Part shown: one piece after another, positions 38,999-48,085 of the stretch
How positions within the stretch are numbered: the stretch's first letter is position 1
Layout: each line of letters starts with the position of its first letter
Assembly (NCBI GenBank): GCA_016931915.1
Contig: JAFGDU010000046.1
Coordinates: 410 to 64,409 of the forward strand
Source of the DNA: Actinomycetota bacterium
GTDB taxonomy: Bacteria > Actinomycetota > Geothermincolia > Geothermincolales > RBG-13-55-18
DNA length: 64,000 nucleotides
Direction: 5' to 3'
Program-made: the position numbers and the translations under genes
Notes under the pieces: model-generated
The model's database searches: none
What the model saw: the letters and a program-made list of their open reading frames with translations, nothing else
What the model was told of the DNA's origin: nothing

Positions 38999-40051
38999 AT
39001 GGCTGGTACCAAGGTCTGTCCTTATTGCGGCGTCCCGAAGGAGTTCTCCAAGGAGAATACCTGGAACTCCGACGGCACCATCACCCAGACGAAGAACCCG
39101 GACCACCGCGTGCTCTTCTACGAGGCCGAGGGCATGAACCGCATGCTCGCCAATCTCGAGCAACTGGTCGGCGTACTTATAGACCGCATCGTCATCGAGG
39201 GCAAACGCAAATCTACCTACAATTACCTGCAGGGGATGTTCTCGGGGATAAAACTGTTGATCGTCAAGGCACTGCTGCGACGCAGGGTATACGAGACCAT
39301 CTCGGCCCGTGGCGCCATGCTGGGCTACGGCCATTACGAGCTCCTGGATTTAAAGGCCGGCGAGTTCATCAAGGTCTTCGGGCGCAATATATATTCACGC
39401 ACCCTTTTCAGCGGCGATATAGCCGCCGTCTTCAACCTGGTGGAGGGCATCCCGGCCGGGCTGGAGTTCGAGGAGAAAGACGGCGGGACGGTAATTACCG
39501 TAGTGCCCGGCGAAGAGCTCGAGGAGGAGATCGCGACCCGCCTCGAGCGCAAGGTGCTGATGCCCACACCGGGCGATATAGCCTACGACCGCTGCCCCAA
39601 GTGCGGCATACCCCTGGAGTTCAAGGACTATACCTGGGACCTGGAGGCCGGCACCATCACCGACGATAACACGGGGAGGAGGATGGCCATCCTCGGCTCG
39701 GAGGGCATCGAGTCCGTTTTTCGTGAACTCGAGGCCGAACTGGGCGAGGAGATATCCAGGACCATTATAGAGGCCCAGCGCATCTACGTCGTAGAGACCC
39801 TGCACCTGGAGGAGGTGCAGCAGCATCCCGATTACCTCGTGCGCCAGCTGGCCCTGCGGGGGATGGGCAACGTAGTCTCTTTCGATATCTCCGAGGGCGG
39901 TATCCAGGCGACGGTGGAAAACGCCCTGCCCCACCTGTTGGTGGTGGGGTTGCTGCAGGGGATTTTCGAGCTCTTCAGCGGCAAGGGCTCCGACCTGAGC
40001 TATGATTACAACGACAGAGGAACCCTCACCTTGAACGCAAAGACCAGGTGA
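38999..40051 (+). CDS. Hypothetical protein made of two tandem [CPxCG zinc-knuckle + V4R-like] modules
   Basis: Internal duplication: CPYCGVPKEFSKENTWNSDGTIT...EAEGMNRMLANLEQLVG (aa 7-) against CPKCGIPLEFKDYTWDLEAGTIT...GSEGIESVFRELEAELG (aa 199-). The fold guess (V4R, small-ligand binding) is from pattern only. Confidence 0.55.
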   Translation: MAGTKVCPYCGVPKEFSKENTWNSDGTITQTKNPDHRVLFYEAEGMNRMLANLEQLVGVLIDRIVIEGKRKSTYNYLQGMFSGIKLLIVKALLRRRVYETISARGAMLGYGHYELLDLKAGEFIKVFGRNIYSRTLFSGDIAAVFNLVEGIPAGLEFEEKDGGTVITVVPGEELEEEIATRLERKVLMPTPGDIAYDRCPKCGIPLEFKDYTWDLEAGTITDDNTGRRMAILGSEGIESVFRELEAELGEEISRTIIEAQRIYVVETLHLEEVQQHPDYLVRQLALRGMGNVVSFDISEGGIQATVENALPHLLVVGLLQGIFELFSGKGSDLSYDYNDRGTLTLNAKTR

Positions 40052-40151
40052 ACGTCCCGGTGGCCGCTGCCTGTGCGTAAGCGGTTTTCCCCCGCCCTGC
40101 GTCAGGGAACCCGCCCTTTCCGCTTCGCGCTTGTGGGATATCCCGCGGCGC

Positions 40152-40568
40152 TTAACTCGGCCTGAAGGCCAGGTAGGTCGTGGCTTCGTCCCCCTCTCCG
40201 CTGTGCACGAACTCCGCCTTCATGGGGGTCCCTATCTTGATGGAATCGGGGTTCGAGGCCTCTACGCCCTCTATGCGGGCAACCATCCTGGGGCCTTCCT
40301 TGAGGGTCACCACCCCGGTGCAGTAAGGGTTTTTGCGATCGTAGCCCTGGGCGACCATGTGGGGTGGAGCAACGAATATGCAGGTGAAAGCGGCAAGTTC
40401 CCCTTCACCCACCATCTCGTGCCACTCCATGTCCTCGCCGAAGCAGGAGAGGCAGAAATGTCGCGGTGGAACGTAGAGCTGCCCGCATTTCACGCATTTC
40501 GAGCCCATGAACTTGTCCTCGTCCAGGAACTGGCGGTATGTGATGTCGCTGAAAGGCCGGTCTTCCAT
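40152..40568 (-). CDS. Zn-ribbon/OB-fold DUF35 protein (BbsA-like thiolase partner)
   Basis: CVKCGQLYVPPRHFCLSCFG rubredoxin-like ribbon followed by an OB fold. It lies 4 nt downstream of the thiolase gene. Confidence 0.85.
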   Translation of the reverse strand: MEDRPFSDITYRQFLDEDKFMGSKCVKCGQLYVPPRHFCLSCFGEDMEWHEMVGEGELAAFTCIFVAPPHMVAQGYDRKNPYCTGVVTLKEGPRMVARIEGVEASNPDSIKIGTPMKAEFVHSGEGDEATTYLAFRPS

Positions 40569-40572
40569 GGCT

Positions 40573-41841
40573 CTATCTCCTTTCGAATATGGTGAAGGTG
40601 CAGGTGCCCCCGGTGCCGCCCAGGTTCTGGGTCGCGCCGATGTATAGGTCCCTGCCGGGGATCTGCCGCTCGCCCGCCTCGCCCCGCAACTGCTTCCATA
40701 TCTCGAACATCTGGGCCGTTCCCGTGGCGCCGACGGGATGCCCCTTGCACTTGAGGCCTCCCGAGGTGTTGATGGGCATGCGCCCGTCGCGCCTCGTCTC
40801 GCCCTCCGCTACGGCCTTGAAAGCCTTCCCCTCCTCGAAGAATCCCAGGTCCTCGATGTGGATCATCTCGGCGATACTGAAGCAGTCGTGCACCTCGGCG
40901 AATTGTATGTCCTTTGCGGTGAGCCCCGAGGTGCCGTAGGCCTCGGCGGCGGCGTTCTTGTTGGCCTCGAAGGAAGTTAGGCTGGGGCAGGCGTGAAGGC
41001 CCCTGCCGCTCCCCTGCCCGAATCCCACTACGTAGATGGGATCGTCGGTGAAATTCTTGGCTAACTCCTCGGCCACCAGGAGTATGCAGCTCGCCCCGTC
41101 GCTTATGGGGCAGCAGTCGTAGAGGTGCATGGGCCAGGCCACCGGCGGGTTGAAGGAGGGGTCCCAGAGGGCCTCCTTCTCGTCGGCCCATTCGGGTACG
41201 GGCTGCCCCTTCTTCTCCGCGCGCGCCTTCTTGGCCTGCATGAGGTCGGCTATGGTCTGCTTGAACTGCGCTTTGGGGTTCAGGGGGGCGTTACTGTGGC
41301 TCTTGATGGTGATGTTCATGAGGTCTTCCCGGCCCGCTCCGTATTTATGGAAGTAGGCGGTGGCCAGGGCCCCGAAGACGCCGGGGAAGGTGTAACCGGC
41401 CTCTCCCTCGTAGGGTGATGTTGCCAGGGCCAGCCCCTCGGTGACCTCCTCGGTAGTGCATTTGGACATCTCCTCGACCCCTCCGGCCAGCACGATATCG
41501 TACATGCCCGATGCGATGGCCATGAGTCCGTCCCTCATGGCCAGGGTGCTGGAGGCGCAGGCGCCCTCCGTCCTCGTCACCGCCTTGGGCGCCAGCCCGG
41601 CCAGGTCCGCGATGATGGGGCCCCAATGCGCCTGGTGAACGAAGAAATCGTTGCTGAAATTGCCGATCCATGCGGCTTGTATGTCCGCCGGGTCGATCCC
41701 CTTGTCCACGTTCGCGAGCATCTCGCTGTAGGCCTCGGCGAAGACGTCCTTGGAGTCCTTGTCAGGGAACATCCCGAAATTCGACATACCCGCTCCGACG
41801 ATGGCCACTCCCCTGCCCAACTTTCTCTTTCCTGTCATCAC
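40573..41841 (-). CDS. Thiolase-domain protein, SCP-x/BbsB type
   Basis: GVAIVGAGMSNFG, TEGACASSTLAMRDG (active Cys), HDCFSIAE and GGTGGTC near the C-terminus. Confidence 0.88.
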   Translation of the reverse strand: MMTGKRKLGRGVAIVGAGMSNFGMFPDKDSKDVFAEAYSEMLANVDKGIDPADIQAAWIGNFSNDFFVHQAHWGPIIADLAGLAPKAVTRTEGACASSTLAMRDGLMAIASGMYDIVLAGGVEEMSKCTTEEVTEGLALATSPYEGEAGYTFPGVFGALATAYFHKYGAGREDLMNITIKSHSNAPLNPKAQFKQTIADLMQAKKARAEKKGQPVPEWADEKEALWDPSFNPPVAWPMHLYDCCPISDGASCILLVAEELAKNFTDDPIYVVGFGQGSGRGLHACPSLTSFEANKNAAAEAYGTSGLTAKDIQFAEVHDCFSIAEMIHIEDLGFFEEGKAFKAVAEGETRRDGRMPINTSGGLKCKGHPVGATGTAQMFEIWKQLRGEAGERQIPGRDLYIGATQNLGGTGGTCTFTIFERR

Positions 41842-41939
41842 CCGACCTCCTTAAGTCAGTACCGGGACCGGGCGGTCAACTGTCCCATGAGCCGTCATCA
41901 TGACGCTCCAGCCGCCCGCAGGTGTCTTTATAACGCTGT

Positions 41940-42347
41940 TCAATCGATCTTGATGCTTCCCGTTCTTTCCTCTATGAAAGCGACGATATCTTCGGTCAAC
42001 GTTCCGGGGCCGAAGACGCCGTCCATGCCGATCTCCTTCAACTCCACGTGGTCCTGTTCCGGAAAGACCCCTCCGACCAGGAGAAGGAAATCATCGCGCG
42101 CTCCCTGCGCCTCCAGCTCCTCGACCAGTTCCCGGCTCCATTCCAGGTGAGCACCTGAGTGGACCGAGAAGCCTATGACGTCGACGTCCTCCTGTATGGC
42201 CGCCTCCACCACTCCGGCTACGGTCTTGAAACCGAAGAATATGGTCTCCATGCCCGCCTCCGAGAGCGCCTTGGAGACGGTCATTATCCCCCGCCAGTGC
42301 CCGTCAAGGCCCGGCTTGAAGAGAAGCACCCTTATCTTCTTCTCCAT
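41940..42347 (-). CDS. Coenzyme-B12-binding small subunit of acyl-CoA mutase
   Basis: KPGLDGHWRG contains the DxHxxG base-off/His-on motif, within a flavodoxin-like fold (DVIGFSVHSGAH...LLLVGG). Confidence 0.88.
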   Translation of the reverse strand: MEKKIRVLLFKPGLDGHWRGIMTVSKALSEAGMETIFFGFKTVAGVVEAAIQEDVDVIGFSVHSGAHLEWSRELVEELEAQGARDDFLLLVGGVFPEQDHVELKEIGMDGVFGPGTLTEDIVAFIEERTGSIKID

Positions 42348-42362
42348 CTCACCCCTCCCCTC

Positions 42363-44042
42363 TCAAGCCACGAATGGCAGCTGCCAGATGCCCCAGACCT
42401 CCCGGTAGACACCGGTTATCTCTCCCAGGCTAGCCCCGGCCATGGTGAGCTCGCTCACCACCGGCAGGACGTTCTCCCTCTTCTCGCAAACCTCCCGCAG
42501 CTGGTCGAGGAGGCCGGCTACCTTCGACTCGTCCCTATCCTGCCGCAGCTTCTTCAGGCGGTCTTTCTCGATCTCGGCAGCACGGGGATTGGTGCGGAAG
42601 GGCGGGGTCGCCTCCTCGCCCTCCATGACGTAGCAGTTGACGCCGATTATGCGCTCTTCGCCGCTCTCCTGGTCGCGGCGGCGCTTGTTGAAAGCCTTGC
42701 TCATCTCGTTGAAGAGCCAGCCCGTGTTCAGGGCCTCGACCACTCCACCCATCTCCTCGATGCGCATGAAATAATCCCAGATGCGCTCCTCCAGCTCACG
42801 CGTGAGCGACTCCACGTAATAGGATCCCGCCAGGGGATCGACGACGTTCGCCGCCCCGGTCTCCTCCTGGATGAGTTCCTGTGTGCGCACCGCCAGGCGC
42901 ACCGACTCCTCCGAGGGCAGGCATATGGCCTCGTCGTAGGAGTTGGTGTGCAGGGATTGCGTACCCCCCAGCACGGCCTCCAGCGCCTGGTAGGCGGTGC
43001 GAATTATGTTCACCATGGGCTGCTGTGCGGTGAGGGAGCATCCCGCGGTCTGCACGTGGAAGCGGAAGCGGTAGGCGTCGGGGTTTTCGGGATGGTAGCG
43101 TTCCTTCATCAGCCGGTACCAGAGCTTGCGGGCGGCTCGGTACTTGGCTACCTCCTCGAAGAAATCGCGGTGGGCCGAGAGGTGGAAGGCAAGGCGGTGC
43201 ACGAAGTCGTCGATCTTCCATCCTCGCCTCAGCAGTTCCTCGATGTGGGCGACGGCATTGGCGAGGCCCATGCCGATCTCCTGCACGGCATCGATGCCGC
43301 CCTCGCGGTAGTTGTAGGTGGTGAAGTTGATGGGGTTCCAGCGCGGCGCTTCGCCCATGGCGGTGCAGTACTCGATGAGGTCACAGGCTAGCTTCAACAG
43401 GTCGGCCGGCTTGAGCGAGCCCCACGGGATATATCCTATGGTCATGGTGAGGATATCGTTCTGGGTGGTCCCGGCCAGCTGTTCCTTGCGCATCCCACGC
43501 TCCCTGGCCACGTTGAAGTACATGGAGGTGATAGCGGCCGAGGTCATGGGCTCCACTACCAGGGCTACGCTCATCTTGTCTATGGGCAGGTCCTCGACCA
43601 GTGCCTCCACCCCGCGGATGGAGTAGAGGGGCACCCCCTCCTTGCCCACCTCGTGGGCCGCACCGTGGACTTCCTGATCGGGATCGACTCCCGAGAAGGT
43701 CAGGGAGTCGACGGCGGCCGAGAACCCGGTCTCTCCCTCCTCGTACAGCATCCTCCAGCGATCGTTGGTCTCCTCCGGCGTTCCATGTCCGCTGAACATA
43801 CGTATGGTCCAGTGCCTTCCCCGGTACATGGTGGGGTACACGCCACGCGTATAGGGCGGCTTCCCGGGAAAACCGATATCTGCGAGGTAATCGATGTCGG
43901 AGGTATCGAGAGGCGTATAGAGATCCTTGACCGGGATTCCCGCATCGCTCTTGAACTCCGCCTTGTGCTCCTCCCAGCCCTCCTTCTCCTTTCTCCAGTC
44001 CTCCAATCCTTGCCTGATCTCATCACTGTCAGCCATCTTCAT
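42363..44042 (-). CDS. Acyl-CoA mutase large (substrate-binding TIM-barrel) subunit, divergent
   Basis: PPYTRGVYPTMYRGRHWTIRMFSGHG, GTTQNDIL, FHVQTAGCSLTAQQP, GGTQSLHTNSYDEAICLP and VVDPLAGSYYVESLT are methylmalonyl-CoA-mutase family blocks. The start is ATG 44042 or 44036; the 799-aa ORF-track N-extension overlaps the ACAD gene and is rejected. Confidence 0.88.
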   Translation of the reverse strand: MKMADSDEIRQGLEDWRKEKEGWEEHKAEFKSDAGIPVKDLYTPLDTSDIDYLADIGFPGKPPYTRGVYPTMYRGRHWTIRMFSGHGTPEETNDRWRMLYEEGETGFSAAVDSLTFSGVDPDQEVHGAAHEVGKEGVPLYSIRGVEALVEDLPIDKMSVALVVEPMTSAAITSMYFNVARERGMRKEQLAGTTQNDILTMTIGYIPWGSLKPADLLKLACDLIEYCTAMGEAPRWNPINFTTYNYREGGIDAVQEIGMGLANAVAHIEELLRRGWKIDDFVHRLAFHLSAHRDFFEEVAKYRAARKLWYRLMKERYHPENPDAYRFRFHVQTAGCSLTAQQPMVNIIRTAYQALEAVLGGTQSLHTNSYDEAICLPSEESVRLAVRTQELIQEETGAANVVDPLAGSYYVESLTRELEERIWDYFMRIEEMGGVVEALNTGWLFNEMSKAFNKRRRDQESGEERIIGVNCYVMEGEEATPPFRTNPRAAEIEKDRLKKLRQDRDESKVAGLLDQLREVCEKRENVLPVVSELTMAGASLGEITGVYREVWGIWQLPFVA

Positions 44043-44080
44043 CAACCCCTCATATCGAATCTGATCCGCTCTCCCGCCCG

Positions 44081-45220
44081 CTATCCCTTCAGCAATGCCC
44101 GCGAGATCACCAGCCTCTGTATCTGGTTGGTGCCCTCGTATATCTGGGTGATCTTGGCGTCGCGCATCATGCGCTCCACCGGATGGTCCTTCATATAACC
44201 ATACCCCCCCATCACCTGGATGGCATCGGTGGTTACCCGCATGGCCGTATCCGATGCCTTCATCTTGGACATGGCCGAGAAGATCGAGAGGTTGGGATCC
44301 TTGCTGTCCGCCATGCCGGCGGCCTTGTACACCAGCAGTCGAGAGGATTCCACCTCGGTTGCCATGTCCGCCAGCATGAAACCCACTCCCTGCATCAGTC
44401 CTATGGGCTTCCCGAAGGCCTGGCGATCCCGCGCCCATGCTACGGCGCACTCCAGGGCGCCCTGGGCTATTCCCAAAGCCTGCGCGCCCACCAGTGGCCG
44501 CGAGTTGTCGAGGGTCTTCATGGCGGTCACGAATCCGCTGCCCTCTTCCCCCAGGCGGTTCTCTGCGGGGACACGGCAATCGTCGAATACAAGCTCCGTG
44601 ACCTGGGCGGCGCGCAGGCCCATCTTGTCCTCCGTCTTGCCTGCGGAAAGGCCTTCCACGTCCCCCACGCAGAAGGCGCTTATGCCCCTGTATCCCTTCT
44701 CCGGGTCGGTCATGCAGAAAACGGAGTGGATCTTCGCCAACCCCCCGTTGGTGATGAAACACTTCTCCCCGGATATGACGTACTCGTCACCGTCCCGGCG
44801 GGCCACGGTCTTGGTGGCACCGGCGTCGGAACCGGAGTCGCGCTCCGTGAGGCAGAACGCCGCCAGTTCCTCGCCCCTGGCCGCGGCGGGCAGATACTTC
44901 TGCTTCGTCTCCTCCGAGCCGGCTATGACGATGGGGTAAACCGCCAGCTTCTGCACCACGAATATAAGGGAGGTGGTGGCGCATATACGCGCCAGTTCTT
45001 CGCCTACTATGCAGCAGGAGAGAAGATCCGCTCCCGATCCCCCATATTCCTCGGGGATGGCGTAGCCGAGCAGGCCCTGGGAGGCCAGCATTTTCTGTAT
45101 ATCCCAGGGGTATTCTCCACTGCGGTCGATATCCGCCGCACGCGGTGCGACCTTCTCCTCCGCCAGTCTACGTATCTCCTTGCGCAGCGCCTCCTGCTCG
45201 GACGTCAAACTGAATCCCAT
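44081..45220 (-). CDS. Acyl-CoA dehydrogenase
   Basis: Classic ACAD pattern: CLTERDSGSDAG, GEKCFITNG, QAFGKPI and YEGTNQIQRLVISR. Confidence 0.92.
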   Translation of the reverse strand: MGFSLTSEQEALRKEIRRLAEEKVAPRAADIDRSGEYPWDIQKMLASQGLLGYAIPEEYGGSGADLLSCCIVGEELARICATTSLIFVVQKLAVYPIVIAGSEETKQKYLPAAARGEELAAFCLTERDSGSDAGATKTVARRDGDEYVISGEKCFITNGGLAKIHSVFCMTDPEKGYRGISAFCVGDVEGLSAGKTEDKMGLRAAQVTELVFDDCRVPAENRLGEEGSGFVTAMKTLDNSRPLVGAQALGIAQGALECAVAWARDRQAFGKPIGLMQGVGFMLADMATEVESSRLLVYKAAGMADSKDPNLSIFSAMSKMKASDTAMRVTTDAIQVMGGYGYMKDHPVERMMRDAKITQIYEGTNQIQRLVISRALLKG

Positions 45221-45323
45221 ATCTACCTCCGTTTTGTGTACGAATTACTTCACCGCCGCCGGAAAGAGGATGCGTTGATCCATCCCGCCCCCATCGGACT
45301 CCTCTGTCGCTGCGATCATGCCG

Positions 45324-46088
45324 TTAGAACGTGAACAGGCTTATCCCGCCGCTGACCTCTACGGTTTCACCGGTTACGAAGCTGGCCTCCTCGGAGGCAA
45401 GAAAGGCGATGACCTCCGACAGCTCCCTTGGGTCCCCGGAACGGCGTATCGCGACCCTCTTTATAATGCGTTCGCGGAAGGGCTCGGCCACATCGTAAAA
45501 ACTTCCCGCATCGAATACTCCCAGCACCACGGCGTTGCAGGTGATGTTCTTGCGCGCGCCCTCAAGGGCAACCGTCTTTGTAAGCCCTATCAAGCCGGCC
45601 TTGGTGGCGGCGTAACTGCACTGGCCGAATCCACCCATGGTGCCCGTTACCGAGGAGACGTTTATGATGCGCCCCCAGGCTTTCTCGGCCATACCCGGGA
45701 ATACGGCCTTGATGAGCAGGAAGGGCGCGCTGAGGTTTACGGCCACGTCGTTGTCCCAATCCTCCTTGCTCATGTCGGTAACGGTGATGGCGCGCACGAT
45801 GCCGGTAGCGGCGTTATTGACCAGGATATCCACGCTATCCAGCTCGCGCGCAACTCTTTCCACGCCTTCATTGATAGAAGACTCGTCGGAGAGATCCATC
45901 TTGACCGCAATCGCCTTGCGGCCCTTGGCCTCTATCTCCTTGACCACGTCCTGGGCCTTGGCCTCGTTGCGGTTATAAACCAGCGCCACGTCAGCACCGT
46001 GCTCTGCCAGCACCAGGCCGTGTACCCTGCCCAATCCTCCCGAACCACCGGTCACCAGCGCTACCTTGCCCTCAAGAGACATAAACAC
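45324..46088 (-). CDS. SDR-family oxidoreductase (FabG / 3-hydroxyacyl-CoA dehydrogenase-like)
   Basis: VALVTGGSGGLG, LVNNAA, and catalytic S...YAATK. Confidence 0.88.
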   Translation of the reverse strand: MFMSLEGKVALVTGGSGGLGRVHGLVLAEHGADVALVYNRNEAKAQDVVKEIEAKGRKAIAVKMDLSDESSINEGVERVARELDSVDILVNNAATGIVRAITVTDMSKEDWDNDVAVNLSAPFLLIKAVFPGMAEKAWGRIINVSSVTGTMGGFGQCSYAATKAGLIGLTKTVALEGARKNITCNAVVLGVFDAGSFYDVAEPFRERIIKRVAIRRSGDPRELSEVIAFLASEEASFVTGETVEVSGGISLFTF

Positions 46089-46117
46089 CCCTCCTCACCG
46101 AAAGCCTACATGCCGAT

Positions 46118-46540
46118 CTACCCCTTGCTCAGCAATGGTTTACCCGTATGGTAAGCCCAGCCATGGCACTGGGCTACGATAACCCCCTCCGCGTCCGTCA
46201 CCTTCATGCGGTAGAAACCCATCTTGCCCGCACGTTGTACCAGCTCGACCTCGGCCGTCATATCTCCGACTGTTTTAGGAGCTGCCAGGAAGTCTATTCC
46301 CACCGATAACGCCATCGCTCTGCTCCCGAAGGAATTCGCTGCCGCCCCGAAGGCCACGTCGGCCAGGGAGAACATCACCCCGCCATGTATCATACCCATA
46401 AAGTTCAGGTGCTCTTCCCTGAGCTTCATGGAGACCATTGCCCATCCAGGCCTTATATCTGTCAGCTCTGCACCGAGGCTGGACGCGTATCTATCCTTTG
46501 CTATATATTCCCGCGTTTCTTCCCCTACCCTATTCTCCAC
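46118..46540 (-). CDS. PaaI-family hotdog thioesterase
   Basis: GMIHGGVMFSLADVAFG motif. GTG start follows GGGAG. Confidence 0.8.
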   Translation of the reverse strand: MENRVGEETREYIAKDRYASSLGAELTDIRPGWAMVSMKLREEHLNFMGMIHGGVMFSLADVAFGAAANSFGSRAMALSVGIDFLAAPKTVGDMTAEVELVQRAGKMGFYRMKVTDAEGVIVAQCHGWAYHTGKPLLSKG

Positions 46541-46695
46541 CTGCGCTCCCTTTTCTATTTACTTGTACGATACCTGCAGCGATACTCAAGCAAGCTCAGC
46601 CGCATTCGCCTCTTATACCCAATACGGAAAGGGTGTAGACCCATTTTGCTGCTATCTCTGCCCCATCGAGAAGAGAAAATTCTGCTACCGCCAGG

Positions 46696-46762
46696 AAACT
46701 TAAAAACTATATGGCGTTTCTTAGTTTATGCTATTCAAGCATCCCCGTCTCCCCGGTGTCAA
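46696..46762 (-). promoter_or_regulatory. Promoter candidate with overlapping AT-rich inverted-repeat operator ahead of the mutase operon
   Basis: On the minus strand: TTGACA (46762-46757), 18 nt, TTGAAT (46738-46733). The inverted repeat AAACTAAGAAAC-N8-GTTTTTAAGTTT (46727-46696) matches in 10 of 12 arm positions. Confidence 0.4.
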
Positions 46763-46904
46763 GATGTAGACGGTCTCTTTACGGGGCCTGCGAACGCGAG
46801 GTCTCTTGCGCCCCGCATAGATTCCCTGTCCCGCCATTCCCCTCTCGCATTGGTATTTCCCGCCGTCGCCTCGGCTGCCCGATGCATGGGCTCCCTTTGC
46901 TGTA

Positions 46905-47516
46905 TTATACCCCTTGACTCATACGGTCTTCTGCTCCCCTGTTCTCTTTTCTTACTATACCCTCCATGAGGATCTTCATGAATGCCGAATACACCCCGTC
47001 CAGGCTCAAGCCGCTCTCGATCAACAGGTAGGGGCTGCTGGAGAGATCCACGATGCCCTGCACCATGTAGGCGAAGACGACGGGGTTGACATCGGAGCGG
47101 AATTCCCCCTGCCTCGCCCCCTCCTCGATGATACTCGTGACAGCGCTTACGATCTTGCGGTAGAAATCGCCGTAGACGCTGAAAACGTCCGGGAAGAACG
47201 TCTCCACTTCCTTGACCAGGGACGGTTTGATATAGGACACCTCGTCCACCACGTGCTTGCTCATGAGATACAGCTTGGTCATGGCGTCTGCATCGAGATC
47301 CAGGATCTCCTGCATGCGCTTGAGGATCTTTCCGGCCCTGCGGTTGAGCGCGGTCGTGAAGAGCTCGTCCTTGGAAGAGAAGGCCTCGTAGATGGTCTTC
47401 TTGCTCATGCGCAGTCTCTGCGAGAGCTCGTCCATGTTGAAGCGGCGGTATCCGACCTCAAAGGCATACTGTTCAGCCTCTTCAAGAATCCTCTTCGACC
47501 TCTCGTCTCCCGTCAC
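46905..47516 (-). CDS. TetR/AcrR-family transcriptional regulator
   Basis: HTH FNMDELSQRLRMSKKTIYEAFSSKDELF. Confidence 0.88.
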   Translation of the reverse strand: MTGDERSKRILEEAEQYAFEVGYRRFNMDELSQRLRMSKKTIYEAFSSKDELFTTALNRRAGKILKRMQEILDLDADAMTKLYLMSKHVVDEVSYIKPSLVKEVETFFPDVFSVYGDFYRKIVSAVTSIIEEGARQGEFRSDVNPVVFAYMVQGIVDLSSSPYLLIESGLSLDGVYSAFMKILMEGIVRKENRGAEDRMSQGV

Positions 47517-47536
47517 CTCACACCCCTTGCGCTTGT

Positions 47537-48085
47537 TCAGACCTTGCTCCCGGACAGGCCCTCATCCTCTATTCTAGCAACAATCCTACGCAGCCAACGC
47601 GACTCCCCCCGGTATAGTGACTGCTCGTGGGCCAGGATATCCAGGAATATCCCATCCGCGATGTCTTCCAGCATATCCCTTTCGCGGCGCAACCGCCTGG
47701 CTTGTCTTTCCAGGAAAGCAATGCGTGCAAGCAACGCATCCTTTGCCTCGTTCCCCAGGCACGTGATGAACGCAATCCCCACGGGGGTATCTAAGCGCAG
47801 CGGCTCCTCGCTTGCACACAGCGAATACACCAGGTCCTTGAGTCTATCGCGACCTAATGAGGTCAAGGCGTAGACGCGTTTTTCGGGCAGGTTCCCCTCC
47901 TTTTCTGTCCACGATGTCAGGCATCCTTCCGCTTCCAGGCGTGCCAGCGCCTTGTATACCGCGACTTTGCTCACTCGCGTCCACCTTCGCATGCCCCGCT
48001 CTTCCATCTCCCGCAGGAGAACGTAGCCATGCCTCTCCCCCTCCGCCAGGAGCCCGAGGACCATGGTCGCGACCTTCGAGACCAC
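47537..48085 (-). CDS. PadR-family transcriptional regulator
   Basis: VLGLLAEGERHGYVLLREMEE...VAVYKALARLEAEGCL...RVYALTSLG. The GTG at 48085 lies 9 nt after AAGGAG and is preferred over 48094. Confidence 0.85.
   Translation of the reverse strand: MVSKVATMVLGLLAEGERHGYVLLREMEERGMRRWTRVSKVAVYKALARLEAEGCLTSWTEKEGNLPEKRVYALTSLGRDRLKDLVYSLCASEEPLRLDTPVGIAFITCLGNEAKDALLARIAFLERQARRLRRERDMLEDIADGIFLDILAHEQSLYRGESRWLRRIVARIEDEGLSGSKV

Noticed and set aside
42159-43391. Long plus-strand ORFs antisense to real genes. Examples: 42159..43391, 44183..45334, 45318..46154, 46914..47873, 57754..59043, 59016..59834, 51667..52386.
   Set aside because: These are shadow ORFs typical of GC-rich DNA opposite strongly supported genes. 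Their translations are low-complexity (R/G/H/L/V-rich) without motifs.
44043-44762. N-terminal 240 aa of the 799-aa minus-strand ORF 42363..44762 (Arg/Gly/His-rich).
   Set aside because: It overlaps the well-supported acyl-CoA dehydrogenase gene in another frame and has non-protein-like composition. The mutase family sequence begins at MKMADSDE (44042), just downstream of a GAGGGG RBS.
46897-46902. Perfect TATAAT on the minus strand just after tetR.
   Set aside because: It overlaps the tetR stop codon (GTA TAA) and has no acceptable -35 at 16-18 nt. The TTGACA-18-TTGAAT pair further downstream is the better promoter candidate.
46763-46904. Possible cobalamin riboswitch in the leader of the B12-mutase operon (GGGAA-rich, two AAGAGACC words resembling part of the B12 box).
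   Set aside because: The core elements I remember (GCCACTG, GGTG..AA..CC, full B12 box GCCAGGAGACCTGCC) are absent. B12 riboswitches also do not normally control B12-dependent enzymes. Only an Infernal scan could settle it.
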